From NCBI GenBank assembly GCA_036339465.1, contig JAYZAY010000098.1, positions 1-23,870 of the forward strand: a stretch of 23,870 nt of DNA, read 5' to 3'. Origin of the DNA: Myxococcota bacterium (GTDB lineage: Bacteria; Myxococcota; XYA12-FULL-58-9; JABJBS01). This document shows positions 9,286 to 16,072 of the stretch, in pieces (position 1 is the stretch's first letter; each line of letters starts with the position of its first letter). The notes beneath the pieces are model-generated. The model had not been told where the DNA came from. It saw nothing but the letters and a program-made list of their open reading frames with translations, and did not search any database. The position numbers and the translations under genes were made by a program.

Positions 9286-11331
9286 TTAGCCCTTTTGATA
9301 TCGAAGGGTTACCATAAAATTTCTCCCAGGCAACGGAAACCCCACGAGGTCTTGGTTTTGGTTATCGAGGATGTTTCGTAGTTGGAAACCCAAATCCCAA
9401 TCATCGGCAAAGTGGGCATGGGCATTGACGGCGAGCCAAGTTCGGCCGGGTTTTTTTACCAAATTGGCATAGTCGAGGAAACTGTGGTGGAAATATTCAA
9501 TTTCTGTGTTGATACTTACTTCCTGGATTGGTTTTTGGAAATGGTGGTAAATTTCAATTCGACTAAAGTTGGTGAAGCCCGGGCGTTGGGGGAGTTTTCG
9601 GTTTTGCTGGAATTGGATGGGGGTGGTGTTTTTTGTTTGGAGGATTGTCAGCGCGGTTTGGAACCTGAGTAAATTTAGGGTGTCGAGGGTGATGGCGCCC
9701 TCAAGTCCATAAATTTGGGCGGATTCAATGTTTTTGGCAATGGCCACATTCTGGGCATTTTGCGTAAATTGAATCAGGTCGTGGACCCATCGGGCAAAAA
9801 GAAAAGCCGATGTTTTGAGGTGTGTATTGGTACCTAAGAGATGATCGGTTTCCGCACCGAAATCGAGATTTAGTCCTTCTTCGGGACGCAGAGTCGGATT
9901 TCCAAGGACCCCCCCCGTATTTCCATATAATTCGAAGAGACTGGGGTTTCTTAGTCCATGGGAAAGGTTCAATTTTAGACCCAGCGATTGAAGGGGGGTG
10001 AAGAGGGCACCCAATCTCCAGGTCCAGTCTCCATGGTTTATTTGGGGTGTGGTTTTTGCGCTTGTTGGGTGAACACTTAACATCGAAGTTTGGCTCTGGA
10101 TGGCTTCGTAGCGTAGGTGAGTGATAAATCGTAGATCGACGGAAGTAAATTGGTGGGTGAGGCTGGCGTTCACCTTTGCAAAGAGGCGTCTATTGGGTGG
10201 TGTGGAGAAGGTGCTTTCTTTGGTACGGAAGTCTTCAAATCGAATTTCAGCCAAAACTTCAGGCTCCATGACGAAATTGGGATACACACGGAGGTCTTGG
10301 GGCTTGAGTTTTACTTTTACGCCAGTGGAAATAGTCTCGTTTTGGGTTTGGTCAAGCCTGAGTCCGATTTCTCCTAGGGGGTCTTTGAGTGTTGACCGAT
10401 TCCAGGAAAAATATGGGTGGAACTGGAGGGCAATTTTGGCTTTACTGGGATCACCCCAATATAACGCAAGCCCAGTGAGCGAGGTGAGGGTGTTGTATTT
10501 TGACGCTTTCGAAGGATGTACACCAAGACCAGGGATCCCGGTTTTTCGGGTTGAGATCAGTTGAATCACCGAACTCTTAAAGTTCTGGGTGGGTTTCCAG
10601 CTCAACTTTACCATACCAGACCCTTGAAAAAACGTGTTGTTTTTTCGCTGAACCATTTGGTCATCGGATTCCGATCCGGGAAAGAGAGTGCCTTGGTCAT
10701 TTTTAAAAGTGAAATTGCCTTGGCTGGTGGTCAAATCGAAAGAACCGAGCATACCCAGCTGCGAAAATTGGTCGCTCACAAAAGCCCTGAGTGCCATGGT
10801 TTGAAATGACCCGAACTCGCCGTAAAGATTGGTTTGGGTGGGGCTTATGGTGTGGGTTTTGAGTTTGATCGTTCCCCCCATACTGCTGGAACCCACGGAG
10901 TTTGGACTTAAACCCCGATATACTTCAGCCTTTTCTAATGGCCCAAGGGGAATGGTGGACAAGTCAACCGCTCCCCCAATGGCGAGATTGAGGGGGATTT
11001 CATCTAGGTAGACTGTGACTTGTTCGGGAGTGCTGCCGCGTATACTGGCAAAAGCGGAGTTGTACTGGCCACCGATGCGGCTCATGCGTAGGCCGGGGAG
11101 AGTTTCGAGAATATCTGCAAGATCCCGTCCTGTGTGCTCCTTGTTTTTGAGCGACAAGAGGGTGGATGCACTGGGCTCGTCTTCGGGGGTTTTTGAGGGT
11201 TTGATAACGATGATGTCTCGACTCTTTGGTTTCTTGGGGGTTGAGTCGGCGGACGCGGAGAAGGAAAATAGGGCGATTCCTGTGAGAATAAATTTAATTG
11301 TGAGCGGAAAAATCCAATTGCTTGGTATCAT
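9286..11331 (-). CDS. btuB: TonB-dependent outer-membrane receptor, cobalamin (BtuB-like)
   Basis: Signal peptide; plug motifs LETLPGL, SIRGS, VTVYLDEIPLN, EVYRG, GGTI; barrel motifs RNPSLFELY, GNPTLRPE, NILD, PGRNFMVTLRY. Lies downstream of the B12 riboswitch. Confidence 0.88.
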   Translation of the reverse strand: MIPSNWIFPLTIKFILTGIALFSFSASADSTPKKPKSRDIIVIKPSKTPEDEPSASTLLSLKNKEHTGRDLADILETLPGLRMSRIGGQYNSAFASIRGSTPEQVTVYLDEIPLNLAIGGAVDLSTIPLGPLEKAEVYRGLSPNSVGSSSMGGTIKLKTHTISPTQTNLYGEFGSFQTMALRAFVSDQFSQLGMLGSFDLTTSQGNFTFKNDQGTLFPGSESDDQMVQRKNNTFFQGSGMVKLSWKPTQNFKSSVIQLISTRKTGIPGLGVHPSKASKYNTLTSLTGLALYWGDPSKAKIALQFHPYFSWNRSTLKDPLGEIGLRLDQTQNETISTGVKVKLKPQDLRVYPNFVMEPEVLAEIRFEDFRTKESTFSTPPNRRLFAKVNASLTHQFTSVDLRFITHLRYEAIQSQTSMLSVHPTSAKTTPQINHGDWTWRLGALFTPLQSLGLKLNLSHGLRNPSLFELYGNTGGVLGNPTLRPEEGLNLDFGAETDHLLGTNTHLKTSAFLFARWVHDLIQFTQNAQNVAIAKNIESAQIYGLEGAITLDTLNLLRFQTALTILQTKNTTPIQFQQNRKLPQRPGFTNFSRIEIYHHFQKPIQEVSINTEIEYFHHSFLDYANLVKKPGRTWLAVNAHAHFADDWDLGFQLRNILDNQNQDLVGFPLPGRNFMVTLRYQKG

Positions 11332-12606
11332 TTACTTCTTCTGTTTGCGGAAACGTTGAACCAAGCGAGGGGGCAGTCCCACACTGGGATTACTGTTGAC
11401 TTGGGCTTGCTCGATGACCTCACCTTCTTGGTTAAGTTTAAAACGCTGAATGTGAGGAGCGGTATTGGAGCCCACGGGTACCAAGAGTGTGTTATCGGTT
11501 CCGAAGCATGGTGGCCCCAAACTGTAGGTTTCTGCTTCGAGGCTAAAATAGGTCGGCTTAGTTTTGTTGCGGTTAATTCGAAAGAGTCGATCGCTTTTAT
11601 TTGTGTCTTGCGGGTTGCCAATGGAGACAAAAATCGCGTTTTCTGAGTCGATGCTTGCGATCCCGAAACCAATGATTTGTCCGAGGAGCTCTCTTCCCGA
11701 TATGCTCCAAACCACCTTTGGGGTGTCTTGGGTAAGGTCAATGTAAAAGAGGCCCGAGGAATCTTTTTGTTTTTCGGGACCTTCACTGAAGAGACCCATG
11801 CATGAACCCCATAGGCCCGTTTTGTCGGGTGTTACGGAAATATGATTACAATTTGTCAGGGCCTTAATCAGGATATGCGCTTGTACTTGGTCAGTTTGAG
11901 GATCGATACTGATCACTGTGCCGGGACCTGCGGATTTGAAGTCTTTGGAGAGGTTTGAGAGAGTGAGCCAGATTGCTTTGGAGCCTTGGGCAAACTGTCC
12001 GGGCCGTGGATCCAGTGGTGTACCATTCAATGAATGGGCATAGGGCTTAAGGTCGATGCGCGATTCTATGGTTTGTTCTTGTAGATTGACAATGAGCACG
12101 TCTCCACCGTCGTCGAAGTCATGGTCGGAGTCGGTGGGATGGCGGTTGGTCTCAGCCCGTGAGACGTAGGCTCTTTGCTTAGAAAGAAACGCAATGTCTT
12201 GGGGATTGGATGCAAAGCCGGTCGCGACAGAGAGTTGGCTGACCACTTGATTGGTTTCAGGGTTGAAAATTGAGAGGACGCTATTGGGATACCTATCAAT
12301 AATGACGATCTTCCCATCTGGATGTGGGCTGGAAGGGAGGACAATATCGCCTGATAGAGCGGTCAGGAGGCTGGGGGCTGCGCTTCCTGAATTGAGTACG
12401 TTGTCAGCACATAAGTTGCCGTTGTGGTCGAGTATGGAAATGGTGGTGCTCTGATAATCGGATTGCACCACCGCGAGATCGCAGGTGGTTGTTGGTCGTA
12501 TCGGTATTTCCTCATCTTTGGTGGAATCACCGCAATGGCAGGTTAGAGCTAAAATCAAGAAAACGCTAAAGCATGTTCGCCATGGTTTTGAGGTCGAGGA
12601 TTTCAT
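11332..12606 (-). CDS. Predicted beta-propeller lipoprotein (YVTN/YncE-like), candidate BtuG-like cobalamin capture protein
   Basis: Signal peptide ending LALTCHC. Repeated blade-like units (ISILD, IIDRYPNSVLSIFNP, NPQDIAFLSKQRAYVSR, VLIVNL..IESRIDL, VISIDPQTDQV). Its stop directly abuts the btuB ATG (TAAATG). Confidence 0.75.
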   Translation of the reverse strand: MKSSTSKPWRTCFSVFLILALTCHCGDSTKDEEIPIRPTTTCDLAVVQSDYQSTTISILDHNGNLCADNVLNSGSAAPSLLTALSGDIVLPSSPHPDGKIVIIDRYPNSVLSIFNPETNQVVSQLSVATGFASNPQDIAFLSKQRAYVSRAETNRHPTDSDHDFDDGGDVLIVNLQEQTIESRIDLKPYAHSLNGTPLDPRPGQFAQGSKAIWLTLSNLSKDFKSAGPGTVISIDPQTDQVQAHILIKALTNCNHISVTPDKTGLWGSCMGLFSEGPEKQKDSSGLFYIDLTQDTPKVVWSISGRELLGQIIGFGIASIDSENAIFVSIGNPQDTNKSDRLFRINRNKTKPTYFSLEAETYSLGPPCFGTDNTLLVPVGSNTAPHIQRFKLNQEGEVIEQAQVNSNPSVGLPPRLVQRFRKQKK

Positions 12607-12610
12607 CTTT

Positions 12611-12697
12611 GCGGCCAGGTTCGTTAACCGTTATTCGAGGTGGCGAATATGGGGACTTAGGGGAAACGCGGGTGCCAACTAAATGGCCACCCAGCGC
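12611..12697 (-). promoter_or_regulatory. Candidate structured cis-regulatory RNA element between operon genes 1 and 2
   Basis: Three hairpins in about 87 nt plus a mutually exclusive 7-bp pairing (GGGTGGC with GCCACCT); see findings. Confidence 0.5.
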
Positions 12698-13215
12698 CAT
12701 GATTCACCTTGTTCAGGGATCAGCTTTGACCACGAGAATCCGCTACAGCCCGCGCTGGTTGGGTCTGTTGCATCTGCAGGGGTTAGGGCCATGGCTTCTT
12801 CTTGTGTGACTGAATCATAGGATGTTTGGCAATACCAGGTTGTATTGTCCTTGATGGTCCAGTCGAATCGGCTCCATTTTTCTGGATTGTATTCATTGTT
12901 GGCGTCATTTTGAGTGATGACGTACTTTTCCGTATTTGAGAATTCCTTGATGGCGAAGATGCTGGTTCCTTGGGTCCAGGACTGCTGAGTAATGGTATGT
13001 TCAGTGCCGTAGTTGTCCACGTATGAGCCGACCAGAAATAAGACATCATCTTCCGCTGAGGAATTATTTTCATGGTCTGGTTTGTTGTTGGAGGTGGCTG
13101 TTGCAGGGGCGGTTTTTTCTTCTCGTTGCCCGTCTGAAGGGGTTCCGCATCCGAAGAGCAAACTAAGTGAAAATAGAACGGAGAAAAATACACGGATTGT
13201 ATGTGTTTGAAACAT
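12679..13215 (-). CDS. Uncharacterised lipoprotein (178 aa), first gene of the cobalamin operon
   Basis: Lipobox LFGC, low-complexity linker, then an aromatic-rich ~110-aa domain with two Cys (WYCQ, AGCSGFSW). GAAAGG SD 7 nt upstream of the ATG. Confidence 0.85.
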   Translation of the reverse strand: MFQTHTIRVFFSVLFSLSLLFGCGTPSDGQREEKTAPATATSNNKPDHENNSSAEDDVLFLVGSYVDNYGTEHTITQQSWTQGTSIFAIKEFSNTEKYVITQNDANNEYNPEKWSRFDWTIKDNTTWYCQTSYDSVTQEEAMALTPADATDPTSAGCSGFSWSKLIPEQGESWRWVAI

Positions 13216-13228
13216 TTCATGGCCTTTC

Positions 13229-13430
13229 TTCCCGACACCCGGAGAATGAAGTTTATGTGATTGAAAAATGGCAGGTATCCCGGCTGAGTGCCGTTATCCC
13301 TTGGGCCTTCCCAGGAACACTCCCAGTGGCTTCTTTCAAGGGCATGACACATGACGGTGGCGGGTCCGCGTCGGAATTGCACCGAACTTCCCTAGAAGGA
13401 ACCTATGACTCCTTCGACCATCTCCAATTG
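13229..13430 (-). ncRNA. Cobalamin (AdoCbl, class I) riboswitch with a P13 expression-platform hairpin
   Basis: Minus strand reads TAGGGAAG-TTCGGTGCAATTCCGA-CGCGGACCCGCCACCGT...GCCACTGG...GGGAAGGC...AGCCGGGATACCTGCC (B12 box). P1 is TTGGAGATGGT/GCCATTTTTCAA. L5 ACCCG is complementary to CGGGT in a hairpin next to the SD. Confidence 0.95.
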
Positions 13431-13436
13431 GAGCAC

Positions 13437-13465
13437 CTTCTAAAGGTTTATATTGCTTAGGGCAA
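13437..13465 (-). promoter_or_regulatory. Putative sigma70-type promoter of the cobalamin operon
   Basis: TTGCCC-17 nt-TAGAAG; the predicted start site falls just before P1 of the riboswitch. The -10 match is weak. Confidence 0.3.
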
Positions 13466-13617
13466 CCCTGCGGGTCGATGGGCTCTGGGGACCTTTCCTA
13501 TGCTGGTCGGGATCAGGGCATTGAGAGTGGTTTTGCGCTGGGGTGAAAGTAGGGGTTTGCGATATTGGGTATTTTTGTTGTATGGACACGCTTCAAACAC
13601 CACTGAGGCCTGATAGA

Positions 13618-13875
13618 ATGGAATCTTTTGAATTAGCCCCACTCAACATTTCCATGATGATTGAGGTCTACTCGTATATCGTGTTGGCAGCGGTTTTGAT
13701 TACTTGGTTTCCTCTTTCTCAGGAAAACCCTTTGGTTCAAGCATTGGAGACCTTTACGGAGCCCGTGTTGAAACCCATTCGAAAAATGATGCCGGATATC
13801 GGTGGAATCGATTTTTCCCCGATAGTTTTGTTGCTCCTACTGAGTTTCTTGGCCGATTTCACCCGTTCTCTTTAG
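13618..13875 (+). CDS. yggT: YggT family membrane protein
   Basis: LITWFP...NPLVQALETFTEPVLKPIRKMMPDIGGIDFSPIV. Start is uncertain (13582, 13618 or 13654). Confidence 0.9.
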   Translation: MESFELAPLNISMMIEVYSYIVLAAVLITWFPLSQENPLVQALETFTEPVLKPIRKMMPDIGGIDFSPIVLLLLLSFLADFTRSL

Positions 13876-13997
13876 GTGGTGTTGGCTCGGATATCTATGG
13901 TGTGGCGCGAGGAGGCGGGCAGTAGCCTAAGTGCAGGATGAAAAGAGTTTCTTGTTCGTTCGTGGTTTTTTTGTCGGAAAATACTGATGCTCGAATA

Positions 13998-14074
13998 TGG
14001 CCCGCGCGAGAGGATTCGAACCTCTGACCTTCGGATTCGTAGTCCGACGTTCTATCCAGCTGAACTACGCGCGG
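13998..14074 (-). tRNA. tRNA-Arg (anticodon ACG), 77 nt, encoded CCA
   Basis: CCGCGCG-TA-GTTC-AGCTGGATA-GAAC-G-TCGGA-CTACGAA-TCCGA-AGGTC-AGAGG-TTCGAAT-CCTCT-CGCGCGG-G-CCA forms a full cloverleaf with the A20 Arg identity element. Confidence 0.97.
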
Positions 14075-14084
14075 TCCGTCGCAC

Positions 14085-14113
14085 GCACTAACAGGACTGA
14101 GTGGCTCTGTCCA
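14085..14113 (-). promoter_or_regulatory. Putative tRNA promoter
   Basis: TGGACA-17 nt-TAGTGC with a TGn extension and a GC-rich discriminator, 10 nt upstream of the tRNA. Confidence 0.35.
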
Positions 14114-14123
14114 TATCTTGACC

Positions 14124-14468
14124 CTATTTTTTGAGGGGGTCTTTTTTTGAGGGGGCTGGGAGGTTATTTGATGGCCCCCGTAGCTTTCCTCGGTATCTTG
14201 AGGCGCCATATCGTGTGAATTTATTGCCTTTGTTTGTGGTTTTGCGTTCAAAGGTTTCAAATTTGAAAAAACTTTTCTGCTTAAAGAAAAGGACGACTCG
14301 TTCGGTTAAACTCGGGGTTCCAAGGTCATACGGACGGCCAAAAGGTGCGCCCCCGCCCCGCATAATGTAGTCTTTTACGCCCGTTGCGCTTTCGTCTTTC
14401 GCGTCTTGAAGACGCTCGTAGGTCGTGGCTTCTGATTCCGTTTCTTCTTCGCTTTTGTCTTGGGGCAT
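14124..14468 (-). CDS. Hypothetical protein (~114 aa; acidic N-terminus, basic C-terminus)
   Basis: Fills the gap between the tRNA and the cytochrome gene; ATG 14468 has GAGGAG further upstream. No family recognised. Confidence 0.5.
   Translation of the reverse strand: MPQDKSEEETESEATTYERLQDAKDESATGVKDYIMRGGGAPFGRPYDLGTPSLTERVVLFFKQKSFFKFETFERKTTNKGNKFTRYGASRYRGKLRGPSNNLPAPSKKDPLKK
14127..14155. repeat. 13-bp direct repeat TTTTTTGAGGGGG x2
   Basis: Copies at 14127-14139 and 14143-14155. Confidence 0.7.
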
Positions 14469-14514
14469 GTTTCTTCGTTGTAGCTCCTCTGAGTCTTCAT
14501 TATAACCCTGCACC

Positions 14515-16068
14515 ATGTTTCATCAACTTACGAAATTACGCTCTTTTATTATTTTAGCCCTCGTTTGCTCCCTTTTTGGTTGTAAGAAAAGCAAAACGTC
14601 CATTCCAGGTCACAACGATGATGCAACGGTGGCACTCGTTACGGGGTTAAATGGCATCACGGAACCATGTGGATGCACTTCCAAACCCCTCGGTGGCCTA
14701 GACCGAATGGCAACGCTGATTCAGTCTCAAACCAATGAGGCCCCCACCTGGTTGGTCGTGACTGGGAACACCTTATTTAGTGAGGTGGAAATTGAACCAG
14801 AAATGTTGGCGCAGGCACGTCTTAAGGCCTTAACCATTGCAAAAGTGCTGAAGACACTCGAGCCAGTGGCCATGGTTTTGGGGGAAAATGACGAAGCCAG
14901 GTCGATGTTGGAGGACCTTTATCCCGATTACAATGCGCTCAAATTACCCATTTTTACGGTTCCAAAAATAGGACAACCATCGGAACGGGTGGTAGACGGG
15001 ACAATCCATAGCTACCAGGGGTTTAAAGTCGGGTTTATGGGGATGTCCCATTATAAGTCAGGAAGTTTGGTGAGTCCTGATTATTTTTCGAGAGCAGCCA
15101 TAGGACTTCGTGCCCAAGGCGCCCGGCTGGTGATTGCGCTGCTCCCTTTCGTGAGTGATGAAGCAGAGAAATTCTCAGGGGGGTTTCGAGGAATCGATAT
15201 CGTGGTTGCGGGGGGACAGGAGGAAGTTGTTTCTGGGCCCAAGACCCTTAAGAATGGGGTGATTTTGGTGGATGCCGGAAGTGATGGGAAGTACGTAGGC
15301 TTTGTGCGATTGAAGCACCTTCAGAAGGAGGGCCCCATGACTTATTTTGACGAAGGGAAGGCGAAAAGTAAGTCTCTTGCCGCAAGGATCAAGCACTTAA
15401 AGGATGCGCTTACGGAGTTATCGCCGGGGCCTGGTGCGGATGCGCGAAAGGCAAAATTACTCAAATTGGAGAAAGAATATGATGACTTTCGGGTAACGGA
15501 GCCCCAAGGTCCCTATTTTACGTGGGAACTCAGTCGGGTGGAACAAAGCCTTAGGAGTGACACTAAAAGTGAAGTCCTTCTGAATAAATTTAATCGTTCT
15601 CTTTGTGATGTTCGAAATAGGCTGGAGAAAGATCTGGATTGTGGCAGAGCTGTGCCGATTCAAGATAATTTTCTGGGGAATCAGGCCTGTATTGCTTGTC
15701 ATGGAGCAGCCTTTAAAGTTTGGCAGGGCACCGAACATGCGCAGGCGTGGGCGACCCTAGAGAATAAGGGGAAAGAGTGCGATGTCGGTTGTGTGGCTTG
15801 TCATAGTGTGGGGTTTCAAAAGCCCGGTGGGTTTTGTCGATTAATGGATAAAGCGCCTTTTGTGAATGTGGGGTGTGAAAACTGTCACGGCCCTGGGGCG
15901 GGCCACGCAGAAAACCCAGGGGATCGGACGCTGTGGTCCAAACGCTTTGTAGCTAAACCGACTGCCGATGTTTGTAGGGAATGCCACAATCAGACCCATT
16001 CCGACGAGTTTAACTTTGACACCTATTTACCACGGATTTTAGGACCAGGCCACGGGGCTCAACCCTGA
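14515..16068 (+). CDS. Lipoprotein: degenerate 5'-nucleotidase/metallophosphoesterase-like domain fused to a C-terminal tetraheme cytochrome c (c554-like)
   Basis: Lipobox LFGC; GITEPCGCTSKPLGGLDR; four CxxCH motifs (CIACH, CVACH, CENCH, CRECH) with the HAQAWATL and VGCENCHGPG patterns. Confidence 0.88.
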   Translation: MFHQLTKLRSFIILALVCSLFGCKKSKTSIPGHNDDATVALVTGLNGITEPCGCTSKPLGGLDRMATLIQSQTNEAPTWLVVTGNTLFSEVEIEPEMLAQARLKALTIAKVLKTLEPVAMVLGENDEARSMLEDLYPDYNALKLPIFTVPKIGQPSERVVDGTIHSYQGFKVGFMGMSHYKSGSLVSPDYFSRAAIGLRAQGARLVIALLPFVSDEAEKFSGGFRGIDIVVAGGQEEVVSGPKTLKNGVILVDAGSDGKYVGFVRLKHLQKEGPMTYFDEGKAKSKSLAARIKHLKDALTELSPGPGADARKAKLLKLEKEYDDFRVTEPQGPYFTWELSRVEQSLRSDTKSEVLLNKFNRSLCDVRNRLEKDLDCGRAVPIQDNFLGNQACIACHGAAFKVWQGTEHAQAWATLENKGKECDVGCVACHSVGFQKPGGFCRLMDKAPFVNVGCENCHGPGAGHAENPGDRTLWSKRFVAKPTADVCRECHNQTHSDEFNFDTYLPRILGPGHGAQP

Positions 16069-16072
16069 GAGG

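Noticed and set aside
6589..11331. Iron-siderophore or heme uptake assignment for the transporter
   Set aside because: The families overlap, but the upstream cobalamin riboswitch favours B12 and I saw no Fur-box-like site.
12783..13382. 199-aa minus-strand ORF overlapping the riboswitch and the lipoprotein gene
   Set aside because: Its N-terminus is translated riboswitch sequence and the rest is an alternate frame of a better-supported gene.
13876..14074. tRNA as an integration site of a genomic island
   Set aside because: No integrase or transposase in the window, and I saw no duplicated tRNA 3' end.
13895..14260. 121-aa ORF crossing the tRNA
   Set aside because: It is translated tRNA sequence (VVQLDRTSDYESEGQRFESSRA).
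14660..14680. Selenocysteine recoding in the CxC motif
   Set aside because: The codons are TGT and TGC; there is no in-frame TGA.
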